Source: Ramazzottius varieornatus
Lineage: Eukaryota; Animalia; Tardigrada
Direction of reading: 5' to 3'
Length of the DNA stretch: 64,000 nucleotides
Assembly: GCA_001949185.1 (NCBI GenBank)
Contig: BDGG01000005.1
Coordinates: 682,001 to 746,000, forward strand
Below are positions 38,931 through 55,581 of this stretch, piece by piece. The position numbers and the translations under genes were made by a program. The notes under the pieces were generated by a model that was not told the DNA's origin, made no database searches, and worked only from the letters and a program-made list of their open reading frames with translations. The stretch's first letter is position 1. Every line of letters starts with the position of its first letter.

Positions 38931-40588
38931 TTACGGAAATGTTATCGCTGTTACAACAGTCACCGTTGCGCGTGAAACCAACGTGTTGAAGCTTGTCGGA
39001 GAACCGTCGTCAAGGATAGGTAAATACTGGTTCCCCATAATCTTTTTTGCCCTACCACCGAGTACCGGAACACCGGGAAAGACCTTTCGTAGGAGGATCA
39101 TATCACACTGCGGAATCTCTTTGCTCGTCCCACCAGGCCACATTTCCGTATGGTAGAACACAAACCCTTGCTGGAACTTTCCAACCTGAAAGTGCAAGGC
39201 GCGAATCTTCTCGTCTCGTTCCTCCCTGCTATCCGACATGTCCAAGATTACTTGATATGCGGAAACCGCGCCGGAGAGCACCATCCACTCTTCAGGAGCC
39301 ATCCTGTCAAAGATCTGTGTTTCGAACAGAAGGATGGGGTATCCGTACTCCATTCCTTCTATACTCGAAGGGAGGTCCCTCACGCACATCATGAGTAGTT
39401 TCGGAGAGTATTTCTTTTCTATCAAGGCTACCAGCGGATACAGATTTCTCCGGTCCCGACCGGCAGACACGTTGAACAGGCTGTTACTGTAGTTGAAGTA
39501 CCGATGAACGACTCGCACATTCGGCATGGGCGGAAGGATAACCATGGCCAAATCCTCGCTGTGCCACAGGAACATTCGGTTCAGCTCGTTGCGAGATAAC
39601 CGGGAAGAATCCTCGACGTAAGGTGCGTGATGGGAGAAGGGCTGTAGCACACTGAAGAGTCGCATGTGCCATACACGAAGCTCGTCGTCATCTCCCTTAT
39701 TCAGCACGGAGTTTAGCAGTTCGTCAAACTTCCCTACCTGAAAGACATAACAGTAAACTGAAAGTATTTGGTGTGCACTATTGTACGTATAATGTATGCA
39801 GATAGAAGCGCCTTCCGGCACCAGCTGCATATAACACACATGACTATTGTATTATGGGAATTCATATATGAGGCCTCCATTACCTGCGGGTTCCCGTTCT
39901 TGTCGTAATACCGGACGTCATATTGAAAAGTATCTGGAGAGTAGAAAATTATCACATGTTCTGGAATGATGAACAGGTCCTTCAACAATCCATTATAGAT
40001 CTTTCCTTGCGGAATGAATTTGGCGGTGCCGTACGACAGGTTGAAATGGCGGATGAAGTTCTTGCGATAGATGAATTCGCATTGACGACGGCCTGGTTTG
40101 TCTTTCTCTTCGTCGACGAGACTGTAGAAGGAACGGGATACCTGTCCCAGGGATAATAAATCTTTCATCGGGAGACGGCGTAAATAGCGACTATACACTG
40201 GATACATTAACAGCACTTCTTCAAACAAACTATCAGGCTCTTCGGATGATGCGCCATCGTTATCCACCGCTTCAAAGGTACTAAGGACATTCTGTAGGAA
40301 GGACGGATCTGACAATGCGGAAGCCATTTTAGGCTGGAACTCAGGAAGTCCTTTCCCCGTGTCCACTTCCGGTTGGCTGTTAGTCACAGCGCGTCCCATG
40401 ATCTCATCATAATCAGGCAAGCCATCGGTTACTCCGCCAAGTTCGTCGGCGGATCTGCTTTTGACATCCTGCAGAAGACGTACTTCTTGCTTTACTACAG
40501 TAAAGGGAGGTGGGTCATCCAGCGATAGCTTTTCCACCTTCCGGTGATGTTCGGATGATATACGGCGCAGATCACGGATACTCAACAT
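38931..40588 (-). CDS. F-box protein with a divergent FIST-C-like C-terminus (FBXO22-like); intron ~39739-39883
   Basis: F-box-like VLLMYPVYSRYLRRLPMKDLLSLGQVSRSF. The C-terminal GFVF...LRKVFPGVPVLGG...IMG...TVVTAITF resembles FBXO22 GFMF...[20 protein letters not shown]. Confidence 0.65.
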
Positions 40589-41612
40589 GGTGCGTTCTGC
40601 GAACGTGGAGATTTATCAGTATTCAGAACGGTATTTTCTCTGCAGAGAACAACCATTAGAAACGAACAACGGGATCGAAGCTGGAATAAAAGGTTTCACA
40701 ATTGTCAATTATAGAATTACCGTTAGAAGAAGACACACTTCCCTCTCGACAGCATCCGGCAAAGGATGTATGTGAAAACGCTGCGCTTCCTGTAGTAATA
40801 TCGGATCGAGTTAACAGTAGTGGACACTAGGAAAGCCCAAAAGAAGAACGAATGGAAAGGAAACTTACCGGAGCTCGCATCATGTGATGTTATAAGTTTT
40901 CAGAACAGCTAGACAAAAGCTGTGATTTCTATAAACGCTTTTCGTGGCCGTTCATGGTCTGTGCTTGACAATATCGAAGGCGACAGCGACGAAATTTTCC
41001 TCGAACTCTTGACTACAAATTGTGGAGCATGCGAAGCCTGAAACACTGTGCAAAACCGGGAAACCTGTGCATTTTACGTAACAGAAAACCACTGTCTGAA
41101 ATTTTGGAAGTTCTCCTCCACCACTCGAGCCTCGACTGCCGCCTCGAGGAAACTTCATGTTGTTCTCCGCTTCATGTTATTCTCCGCTTCACCCACCAGC
41201 TCGACGGTCATTTGAGTCATTTAGAGCACGACGTTGAGTCATGGACCAGAGCGGGCCGCACTAACGTGCACCTAGATACGGGCCTAGTCTGATATAGGCG
41301 ACCAGACGTTTGTAGGTGCGTGATGCAGAGGAACTGGTTGATATGCCCGTGAGCACGTTGTACGTACGTATGAACTCTAGGGCCTCTGGCTCTCTAGGCG
41401 ATTTTAAAGTTTATCAGCATCAGAAATCCCTGCTGTTTTGATGTGTCAGCGACGTCTTCACAGTTCTCGTTCCTCTGAAGCGCTTTCCATCACGTTTCCC
41501 TGGACTTGGATTGATAAGTTGAATTTGGTTTACGTGGAAAAGTAGTTTGTAGCAGTGAGATGCGGTTCAAGACGTCAAGATTTCTGTTCCCAGCATTCAT
41601 GAGTTTCGAGCC

Positions 41613-44600
41613 ATGAATGGGACCAGTAGCTCCTCAAGGTTGGTATCATTTGACTTCTGATTGGAGAACCTTCTGATGGATGATCAGAATTGTTTTCGTT
41701 CTACTTCTGAGCAAAATTGGGCTGAAGAAGGACAAGGAGCGATTTTTCTCTTTGCAGAAAGCAGTCTCCCTCACGAAAAGCTGACCGATCCAATCGATTA
41801 ATCAAGCGCGACAGTGAACGATCTCATCAGTCCTCGACTAAATTACGAGGCCCAGAAAACGTATGTTGTACTTATCGAACTTTCCTGGAAGATAACCTCA
41901 GCTTTACCTGCTCTTCTTACAGGGAAGATCTCCATCACCCAAAGCCAGTAGTTCTATGGTGGCAGTGGAAGGACGTCCTCACTACAGAGATGCAGCGCAG
42001 GAAAGCTTCTCCTCGGCCGCACGCTTTCGTACCAGAGAAAGACAGTCCTCACCACCAGTTCGATCCAACGGCGGGATAGTAAGGTCAGACTACAGCAACG
42101 AACGACGGCAGCAAAACTGGTCAGCGCAGAATGGGCGTTTACGGAATGATCGTGAACAGAGGCAGTTTCCTGACTCGCGACAACGGTCTACTGTCCGCTC
42201 CTTCGACCACAGTAGATTTCCCAAAGATTTCCCCGATGATCGACGGACGTCTTTCCAGAATCGACGGTACAACAACTCCACCAGAAATCGCCATGAACAG
42301 GATTCCTGGGAAAGAGCAACGGGTAGAGTGCGTGGAAGGAATGATCCTCAGCCATCCACCGTCACGCAGCGCACAGATAGCGCTCTATCCAAGAAATCTG
42401 ATGGATCAACCAGAAAATCCCTCTCCACTTCTTCCAGGTCTTCTAACCACGTTCAGAAATACAGGAAAAAAGGTATGCAAGCTTTTCCTCGAATTTTCGT
42501 CTGTTCATATATGAAAACAAATTGGTCTTAACTTTAAATTTCATTAGAATGTGAATTTATTGCGATTTTTCTGTACTGTGCCACTCTTTGCAGACACGGA
42601 CAAACCTTCGGACAGGACGGGAACATCATCCTCTGCTAACTCCACCACCGATGAAACGCGCACGAAAAGTGCGCTGGATAGATCGGGCGATATATCGGTC
42701 AGCTATTTAGTGGTGATTTTGCAGTGTGGTAAACTACGTAGTTATAAGGAAGATTAATTTTCTTGTTGGTAATAATTACAACTTTTGACCCCTTAAAGAA
42801 CGAATTCGCTTGTTTTGCTGACGAGTTTGGTTTTCTTCGCAGAGAGCGTCCAGTGCCGAGAGGAACGGCGATCATCCTGTCAACGGCACTTCCCATTCTA
42901 AAGAAGTGACGTCTTCTGTGATCCTGACCAAGAAATGGATACGGCAAATGTCTAGTTCTGGTAAACCATACTACTTCAACACGGTAACGAGAAAATCTGT
43001 GTGGACAAAGCCGGAAGACTGGGTCGACGATGAAGATATGTAAGTCTTTTCTGCTCGGCAGCTTTTGTGCTTCTTCTAAAATGTCTGCCCTTTTATCTCA
43101 GAACTGCTAAAGATACACCGAACGACGACGATTCGGAACCGGAGAGACCTGCACCTAGTCAGCCAAAGCGGAAACTGTCAGAAGTTGAGCCGTCGGAGGT
43201 TTCCACACCTTCGGCGAAACGCACGCAGAAGATAGTCATACCTGAGAACCTTTTGGGTAGCCCGATCAGTGAGGATTCCGACGCGGCTTCCTCTGGTGAG
43301 TATCTGACAGGTCGAAGGTTCTGAGCTTTGCCAAAAAGGGATACAAGATGTCTTTTCTGAATATTCGGGAACGCTGAAGAATTCGGTTCTTTTTACAGTA
43401 GCCTCACCGACGCCGTCTGAAAAGATGGACGTGTCGGATGTGGATGAGAGTAACTGCACAGCTCGGGGATCCCGGAACATTGGTGCGACATCCAATCGAA
43501 CGTCTCCGGTATCGCGGAGGAAGAGTGAATCAATGAAGACTTCTCATTCACCAAGAAAAGAAACAGGCAGTCCTCCTCGTCCATCCACGGCTCGAAGAAC
43601 GAAAGCTCCGACCAAAGAAGATCTGCGAAAGTTGGCCGAGTCTGACGGTACGCATTTCCACCTTGTCTGTTCACTGTATTCAATTTAACACAGTTCACAA
43701 CTCATTCCGTATAAATATTACTGTTTTTCCAGATCCAGAGAAGAGAAGGACGGAGAAATTAGAGCGTGTTGCTAATTGGATGTCGAACCGTAAGTTTTGC
43801 TCTGATCGTTCGTGCGTTTTTATCTGCTTTGACAAGAACGTGGGAGCTCGGCAAACAAACTTGACAAGGTCTCTTTCAAGTGGCTCGCTCCTTCAGTTAG
43901 TAACAATGAAAACGTGCGCCACAATGGAAACTTAATTTTGACGAGTGTGTTCCGAAGGTTCCGAGCTTCCAACTAGCGTAAATGGTTGAACACGGAGAAC
44001 ATTATAGAAGCGCTGAATACCGTACGCTGCTTTGTTGATAGAAGAATGAAAAAATACTTTTCTTCGTAGTTGGTGGAACCCCGACGGAAGTGCACGCTTC
44101 GCCTGCCTTAGAGCAGGATCCCGGATCGCCAGTTTCCTCTGAATCTTACGATGATTCGCCCTGTCCTTCCAAGAAGTAATTAGCAGTCTATACTCTTGGA
44201 ACTTGGTTGGGGTCCTTGTGGATTGACGGTAAACGTCTCATGACGGTTGTTGTCGTAGGGATGTGGAGATAGAGTCGCTACTAAAACCAGAGGAGGTGGA
44301 AACTAACCCTGCATCCGGGACATCCTTGATTTCTCCTCTGACTTCCAACAGTTTCAGTCGTATTCAACTTCCTCTTTTCGACCTGCCGGATCACTTCGAA
44401 TCCTCCATCCTGACTGATCTCTCTGTCTTTCTCGATTCGGCCTTGTCAGTTTCGTTTCGAAATGTGAAGATGGACAACTTGGAGGAAGAGGTAAGAACGA
44501 ATCGATATACAGTAGTATTCGTCTCTGTTGAGCAAAAATTTCTTACCTATCGTTTCCTTATTTCCAGAGGTTCCGGCAGTTGACAGAAGCTCGGCTCGCA

Positions 44601-45099
44601 CTCTTTTCGTGCACGGGTGAGAAGGCTGTTCAGATGAAGTCGAATTTAACGGACATTCGACACAAGACAACCACAACTCGCTCTCAAACCAATGAGTAGG
44701 TTTTACTTGTCGCTCGTCTGTCTTTCTCGATTGCAAATCCTTCGGCTCTCTTGCACTCGAAACTTTTCAGTTTGTCTTTGTTATATTGTATAAATGACTT
44801 CTTCCCTTTGCAGTATCATGTTCCTGGATACGCTCGAGAACGAGCTGTGGCAGTCCATACATGCACGGTCGGAAGTTAAGACAGAACAGCCATCGTCCCG
44901 AGCGGAAGTCAGACCACTTACAGAAGCTAAACCTGCGGTAGCGGCAGACCTGAAGATTGAACCCGTGGAAGCGCAAATCATCAAGGAAGAGCCTGTCGAA
45001 GTAACGAGTAGTCCTGATCTGAAGAATGAAGCACTTTCATCTCTGGCTCCAGTGAGCGCGCCGTTCCCCTTGGAAGAAAGAAACGGTATTACAACATGA
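41613..45099 (+). CDS. WW-domain adaptor with C-terminal coiled coil (WAC/wacky-like), multi-exon
   Basis: R/S-rich N-terminus. WW domain KWIRQMSSSGKPYYFNTVTRKSVWTKPEDW at ~42935-43025 (compare WAC WSEHISSSGKKYYYN...WEKP). C-terminal helix ...MKSNLTDIR...IMFLDTLENEL. In-frame GT-AG joins. Confidence 0.7.
43842..43970. mobile_element. Family A MITE-like element, near full length, intronic
   Basis: GGGAGCTCGGCAAACAAACTTGACAAG...CAAGTGGCTCGC-N25-GTGCGCCACAAT...TTTTGACGAGT...CCGAGCTTCC. Confidence 0.7.
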
Positions 45100-45893
45100 C
45101 AAAATGTCTTGCGTTCTTCTTTCTACTCCTCGGACCTGGTTTCTTTTCGGCTTCTTGCAAATCGTGATCTGCATGCTTTGCTTTTACATTTTTCTACGAG
45201 TTAACTCTCTCGTCGGATTCTAAACGGCGGAAAAAGCATTCTGTCCCGTTGATATGACTGATCCTTTTTGTACAGTGAAGTTTTGGTCGATTTTGTCTCT
45301 TTATTTATTGTTCTGATACAGGAAGCTTTACCGCACAAAAGAAATTGACATGTGTTAACCGCTTCTACCCACCGAAGTCAGTCGGAACCTGCCTCACTGC
45401 ACACGGAAGTACAAATCCCCATGCAAAAATCGAGATGAGGGAGTCGAATTTCGCTTTCCAACCGAGTTCTGGCTCGTTCGAAACGCGAAACTAATCTAAT
45501 CCGACTGCCATCCACTGCAGGGCGACAAATCCGCTTCTGGCGTGAGTTCCCGAATGGTTCTGCAATCTAAGTTTTTCCCAGTTGATCTTAACAAGAATAA
45601 GCCAAGAACGATCAGTTCACTTTATATTCTTAGTTTTTCCCTTTCATTGTGGACGTTGCCATTAGTTGAGTCACGCCCCTTGACCTTCAAACGCCTGGCG
45701 CCCTCTGCCGACTCCGTAAATTCAGCATAGGCCGTTGAACGCTTGCCGTTTCCAGGCTGCATAAGCTATTCAGTTGCAAATTTCCTTCTCGCAGCCGTCA
45801 ACGTCTAGGTCGTAATCATTCGTGTCTTTTCTGGCCATCTGAATATTACACGACACATCGTATCTGCTTCCTGCTCCTCAACAAGCCAGCAAA

Positions 45894-48947
<3,054 letters not shown>

Positions 48948-49265
48948 GAATCTGGTACGAAATATGGAAGGAAATTTTGCAGCGAAAACTTTACTGTCAC
49001 CATTTTATCCTCTTTTTGTATTATTTTGGTGTTTGTGGACGATGTAATATGTTTTGACCATCCAAATGGTTTGAAGAGAATGTCATCCAGTTTAAGATTA
49101 TGTGGCTTGTAAAATGAACATCAGTAAAAGCATCGTTCCACTCAATGGTCGGGAATGCTCTCTGTCTCTTCATGTCGTCGTTTATTTGTCAGATCAAATA
49201 TTTTGAGTTCTCTGGAATAAAGGCACGTGTTTCTCACGTTCGTGAACTCCCGCGGAAACAAGTCA

Positions 49266-50298
49266 TCAGAAGAATATTCCAATCAGGAGAATCGTGAAGC
49301 AGAAAGTTGGTATCGTCCATAAGTTCTTTCCAGGTCTTCCACTGGCCGAGATTAAAGCAGCCGTGGAGGAAGGAGTAATGAGGACTGGAGCAGACCATCG
49401 GCTCCATCCAATGTCCAGTCGACCGCTACACTGGTACGTACCCGACTCATCGGCGGAAACATTTATGGATGGAGTTGTGTATGGAAGAAGAGACCACGAA
49501 TGGTTGGAATTGAGCGGTATGTACGCCCTTTGGAAGAAAAAAGCCAGCTGGTCTAACCGCACTTTTTGTCAGATTTTCTGTACGAAGGAAGAAAGAACCT
49601 ACCAGTGGTACTCCGACGCGCTCTTCTCGGCTACGACTTCGCAGTAAGCTGGGTGGACAATGTAACTGCTCTTGGATATTCCGGCAACTTTGGTCATATC
49701 CACGATTAATGTTGCTTCTGGTAGAACTGCAAAATAGGAGTAATTTCATATTTCTAGGTCTGAAGCTGAATGGGAATGTTGAAGTTGCGGAAGGAAGAAA
49801 GGACTTACATCGCAAATACAAGTTGAGACTTCGGCTTCGGACGAGACCTTTCGAGTTCCGACCTTCGCAAAAGTAGGAGCCGCTCTTGTTGAGAGGTACG
49901 TTTCCCCATAGTACACCTTTGTGCGCCGCGCCGTATATCGAAATCGTGTCGTTAGGAACTGTTGTCTGATATTCTTGTCTATGATCCAGGTCGTCACCTC
50001 GTATCCTTACGATCAAGACTTGAGAATTCGTGGGACGCACAATACAGGTAACGTTGACTCTATCAAATGGAAAAATTGTAATTCTCTTATATGAGTATTG
50101 GATAGATTTGTTATACAGGAATATTTGTACGACTTACGACTGGCCTTCGACGACGGGATTGGGAGAAAAAGAGAACTGAAGTATTTCCGGTACGTCCATC
50201 AGCTCCACGGCATCATCGTATAACGTACCGTTCGTGAATGCCAGTGTATTCACAAGAAATCTGGTGGCCAAAAGCAGAGCCATTAATATCAGCCGCAT
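49266..50298 (-). CDS. Cell-surface protein with two Ig-like domains, signal peptide and hydrophobic (GPI-like) C-terminus; 4 exons
   Basis: MRLILMALLLA signal. Ig motifs PNPVVEG..VNVTC, SGSYFCEGRN, YCEV..EYHW and DESGTYQC. Ends WTIPTFCFTILLIGIFF with no cytoplasmic tail. Confidence 0.75.
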
Positions 50299-50939
50299 GA
50301 GGAAGACCGGTTCGCCAACCGGAGAGGAAGGGACAAAACACCGTGTAAACGAGGATATTCAACAACTCGAAAGTAAGCACTACATCATTTTGATCTTGTA
50401 GTCACAGGTAATTTGTCATTTCCGGATGATAACACGAACTTCATTGACATATAAAAACACCAGTGTTCATCGGTTTGATAGGAAGTTTATGCGTGTTCTT
50501 CATGATAGGTATGGACTGCTGATGCGGCAAGGCAAGCTGTCTTTGTTGGACCACCTGCTGTTCTCATCTTTTAAAACGCCACGAAGGGGATTATCATGGA
50601 TTACATCTCCGTCGATCGAGCAAAATCGTGTCATTTTTCTTGACATTTGCAGGGATGTATCATGTTTCATAAATTCACAATTTAGCCGCCTGCAGACTCA
50701 CTCACATTAGCCGGTCTATATGCTGTCCGTGCGAGTAATGCCGATGAGACGGGGTACCAAGACTACCTAACAGCCGGCTTCTTCTTTAGTTCTTCTTCTT
50801 CTCCTCCATACAGAATGATGACTGTAGGCGTACATATCAGTTCCATCATCGTGGGCAGACCCAAGAGCTTCTGGACAGAAAAACGCTAACTTCATGACAG
50901 GGTTTTTCCCTTCTGTAGTGCTCCTCGAGTGGCTAAGAC

Positions 50940-51114
50940 CGTACACGCGCCGAGCCTAATTACCGGCCTGGACGAAAATTCTGGCCACCGACCAAATGCG
51001 GCTGCTGCCAGCTTCCTATGTAAAATCGCCATTGAGTCGATCGAAGGTGCTGCCGGTTTGGGGCGGTGGCCGGAAATTTTTTCCAGGCCGGTAGTTAAGC
51101 CAAGTGCGTGTACG
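50940..51114. mobile_element. 175-bp MITE-like foldback element with ~57-bp terminal inverted repeats
   Basis: Left arm CGTACACGCGCCGAGCCTAATTACCGGCCTGGACGAAAATTCTGGCCACCG versus reverse complement of the right arm CGTACACGCACTTGGCTTAACTACCGGCCTGGAAAAAATTTCCGGCCACCG. Confidence 0.75.
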
Positions 51115-52306
51115 TATCGTCAGTTAGTACTAAGTTAAGTACTGGTTCTTCATTACTCATACTGCGGTATCCCGCCCACTCTGCTCTGTCTGATGCGTGA
51201 AGGAATTGACGTCCAAAAACAACAAACTCTAAACGTAGGTTCTTGGCGTCGCTCTGCTGAGTGGTGTAAACGCAAAGAGGCTTACAGTATTGAACGGGCG
51301 GTTCAAGGTCCAGTTTGTGGTTCTACGATACAGAGCAATTAGCCTGATAAACTTGCTATGACTTGCACGTGATGATGATGTGAGCTTTGACACAAAAAAC
51401 TCGTTGAGCGAACTTGTCGATCGTACGCGATTGTTCGTTGTTGCGCGTCTGCCGCAGATCGACGGATATGCGCGACGCTATGCAGAACTGATCGAAGTTT
51501 CAAAAAGCTTTCAGGGTTCCTCGCGTTACAGAGCCGAAAGCCATAACGTCTTGCTCTTGTCTCTAGTTTTCATCGAAGTAGCCTTTATCCTGCAGATGAA
51601 CGCCGGATGCGCATACAGTACAGGCACAGTATCGTTCCGAAAAACGGAGAAACTCATCAATTTCTGGTTGATCGCAAAGCTAGCTGAGGGCGAGGAGTGA
51701 GGACCTCACCCTCAACTAGCTTTACTGGGGGCTTCATGCCTTCAGCCTAGGTGGCCTTGTTTCAGCCTGCGGGCTTTGTTGAATGTTGAGTTGCGAATTA
51801 AAAGCTGTTGGAATCCATTCTTCCAGTCTTCGTTCATACGTTCGTCTTCGTGATGAACTGGAATACTTACTCAACGAGTAATGAACCTGGATCTCGTATG
51901 GAACTCTACCGAGTGAGCTGGTAAGTCGGTAAGCCCAGCGCCTCTGTCGCGGTTAAGAGCGTTCGACTGCAGTTACGTGATGGGTTGGTTCATCAGCTTA
52001 TGCCTGTGCGTAGTTTGAACTTTGAAGGAGGATTGACTGACGGAATGATCAACTCTTGTAGCTTAACGGAGGGATGCTGCTCGGCTGGTGATCTAATTGA
52101 GAACGGCTGGAACGTTGTGCCATTTCTGTGTTCTAGGAGAGTGCTGACTGGTCATGACAACGCTGACTCAACGTGACCGTTTCATGTCCTTGATCGCTTC
52201 TAAATTTGGGCTACACTACACTGAAATATCAACTCTCATCTTCCCCACAGCTGTACTATAACGACTCCGCTCTTCGCGTGGCTATCACGCTGTGAAAACT
52301 TTAAAA

Positions 52307-55300
52307 ATGGACTATCAGAAAGGCTACCAAAGGATGGACGGATCGCACAACGCCCCCCCTCTTCCCGACTATCCAAGTGGACCTTCGATCTCCGTTCTGC
52401 CTGAATATGGCGGAGGCGAAGTCTACACAGTGCCATCCGAAGTTTCTCATAAGCGTTCGAAAGCCTTCACTCATGTTTCCGATCTGGATGTCTTCTTTAG
52501 ACAAGTGTACAAATATCACCAGCGAAATGGCTACTTTTGCATGTAAGTCTATATATGCGATACTGAGGCAGATGGAACGAATCAGCCACCCTTTGAATAT
52601 ACTCTGTATTACCAGGTTGCGCGTGCATTTTTATTACGTGACTGACTCAGGCTGTTTGCTCGGTTGTCAACATCAGTGGCTTACGTGCAGTTGTTTTGTA
52701 GGATGTTGCAAGAATCGCTGGAAGTTTTTCAGTTTCTCTACGTTGTGATATTCTCGACGTTTCTATTGGAGTGTGTGGACTACGATATCCTCTTTGCCAA
52801 CAAGATACCCGACTCCTGGAGGCCGTACATAGAGCCTTCATGGTGGAACAGTACAACGTACGGTCACAAAGTGACTATCAGCGATGCTGTGATACCTGCT
52901 AGTCAATGTGTAAAGCATTTCGGAAGTGGTGTCACGTTCATGATCGTGCTAGCCACGGCATTTTGGTGTTGGAGACTAGCCAAAGTCTTCTACAACTTTT
53001 TCAGCTATGCGGAAACACGCAGATTTTACAGGTGAGATCAAATTTCAAGTAGCTGCATACAGGGAGACTGTACGGTTAACGTTATGATTGAGTATGCAGG
53101 TTTAGACCATTGTGTCCTTCGTAGGATTGCCCTCAAAATCGAAGATCACGAGCTGAGCAACCTGACATGGCACGAAGTTCTCCAACGGTTGCTGGCGGCC
53201 CAAAAGACTTACCAGATGTGCAGAGCGAAGACAGAGCTGACCGAGTTGGATGTCTACCATCGGATACTTCGCGTGGAGAACTTCCTCGTATCGATGGTCA
53301 ACAAGCAAACCGTGCCTGTCAAAGTACGCTTGCCTTTCCTCGGGCAGTCTACTTTCCTTAGCAAAAGCTACCTGTGGAACCTTGAGCTCATCCTGTTCTG
53401 GCGATGGGGCTTTGGGTCGCTCTTCGAACAGAAATGGACACTGAGGGAAGAATTCAAAGTTTACGGACGAAGACAAGAAGTCGCGGAGAAACTGAGGAGG
53501 AGGATTGCCTACTTTGCTTTGGTCAATCTTCTCCTGTCTCCATTCATTCTTGGTTAGCACTATCTTCCAGTAGATTTTACTTATCGAGTTCTACCAGATT
53601 TAAACAATATTATTTCACGGTGAATTTGTTGTAAGATTATTTTTTCGTGGTGGAATTCATGATGATTTTTTATCTTGCAGTTTTCCGGGTATTGTACGCC
53701 TTCTTCAACTACGCCGACGTGATCAAGCGGGATCCAAGTACGTTGGGAACACGTCGTTGGTCCAGTTATGCCAAGCTGTACTTGCGGCACTTCAACGAGG
53801 TGGACCACGAGATGATTGCACGACTCAACAGAGCCTACCGTCCCGCGACGCAGTACATGAACATCACTTCGCCGGTGTTGACCATCCTGGCCAAGAATGT
53901 GGCTTTCGTGGCGGGGTCCCTGCTGATGGTACTGGTCATCTGTACTGTCCTTGATGAAGATGTGCTGAAAGTCTCCCATATGCTCACCACCCTTACCATA
54001 CTAGGTACTTCAGAAAATTGTTCTGGTTCCTTACTGAAGTTCTTCCATAGCTGAAATTTTAAAGTCACTGGAAAGTTGATGAGAAAAGTGGGCGATAGGT
54101 TAAACAGAGAAACAATTGAAGATGGAAGACCGGAAAGCGAAATCACTGGGTCCATCGCGTATCTGCATACAATAGGCCGGCGACTCTGACACTGTGCGCC
54201 TGTATGCAGGTTTCAACAGTCTTGATGTAATGTAGTTTTATTTTATATCGGTTTTCGGACAGTAAAGTTTATTTGTGGTTTCGTTTTACAGGTATCATTG
54301 TGGCTGCCTGTCGAGCTTGCATCCCTGACGAGAATGCAGTCTACAACCCGGAAGTTCTCATGTCTTCCGTGATATCCGAAATTCACTACTGTCCTGAAAC
54401 ATGGAAAGGCCGGGCCCACACTTCGGACGTTCGCAACGAGTTCGCCAACCTGTTCCAGCTTCGCCTCAGCCACATGTTCGAAGAGCTACTCAGCCCCATT
54501 GTTACGCCCCTCCTTCTCTACACTTCCCTCCGTGAACACAGTCTGCAAATAGTTGACTTCTTCCGTAACTTCACGGTGGATCTGGTGGGTGTGGGCGATG
54601 TCTGTTCGTTCGCTGAAATGGACATCAGGAAGCACGGTGATCCCGAATGGACACCCGATACTCTCATCGACCCAGACAGGATGATCGATGACGACCATCA
54701 GAGAGCGGATCATGGCAAGACGGAAATGTCTCTGATACACTTCAAACTGACCAATCCCGAATGGAAACCTCCTCAGGAAGCGGCGTGGTTCATGCAGAAA
54801 CTGCGAGAAGAAGTGGAAAAAGGCGCTCAATCAGGTAAAATCAATGAGCCAGTCAATGTACTGGAAACGTGAAGAGTATGGCCTGGCGTTCACATAGCCA
54901 CCCAGTACAAGTCGACAGTCATCACAACCTGCATACTCCAAACAATATGTTTGTGGTGTATATCGGGGTATGCAGGTGATGGCTGTGTGTGTCCTCACTC
55001 ACATGTGTACGCCTGACTGTACGTTTGCTGAGTGCTTCGGTATGCAGGTTCATGAACTGTCTATAGTATGGGACGAACAAGTGGGAATGTTGTTGAATTG
55101 ACTGCTTCTAGGTGGACAAGAGGTTCTGGCGTCTCTAGCGCCACTCGGTGGACGAGCTCAAGATTTCGTGGCGACGAGTAGAGCCACGGGAGACGTTCCT
55201 GTCGGGCAAGTTCGTAGTCGAGAAGGTGCCTTGTCGGGTTCGGTGAATAACGGCCTGTTAGAGACTGCCTTGTCCAACTCCAACATGGAACGGAGTATGT

Positions 55301-55581
55301 TTAACAGTGGCTTCCTTGCTCACTCACAGCCAGCCTCTCCCCTGGAGATGACGGCGGCTGATATGAGCTTTAGTGCCTTGTTTATGCATGAGTTACATCG
55401 AAGGAGGATTCGGGCGTCATTGCAGCAATATGGATCGATTAGGGAAGGCGGCCATGACACAATAGGCCACAATGTCACGCAACCGACCGATTCTAGTCGA
55501 GAGCGATTACAATTCTCGGTTACGACTAGTGATGTCACTGAAGAAGACGAAGGTACGCCTCTACTTGACCTGAAGAAATAG
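52307..55581 (+). CDS. ATG9: Autophagy-related protein 9 (lipid scramblase), ~6 exons
   Basis: HVSDLDVFFRQVYKYHQRNGY, FLLECVDYDILFAN, LTELDVYHRILR..N, LGTRRWSSYAKLYLRHFNEVDHE, EELLSPIVTPLLL, IVDFFRNFTVDLVGVGDVCSFAEMD and GKTEMSLIHF..TNP.W. Confidence 0.96.
53051..53101. repeat. Family B cassette filling most of a ~93-nt ATG9 intron
   Basis: AGCTGCATAC-N31-GTATGCAGGT. Confidence 0.85.
54161..54211. repeat. Family B cassette, ATG9 intron
   Basis: ATCTGCATAC-N31-GTATGCAGGT. Confidence 0.85.
54927..55049. repeat. Two family B cassettes (54927-54977 and a degenerate copy at 55001-55049), ATG9 intron
   Basis: ACCTGCATAC-N31-GTATGCAGGT, then ACATGTGTAC-N29-GTATGCAGGT. Confidence 0.8.

Noticed and set aside
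39754-39873. Additional family B cassettes in the F-box intron
   Set aside because: Single arms (GTATGCAGAT, AGCTGCATAT) are present, but their partners are too degenerate to call.
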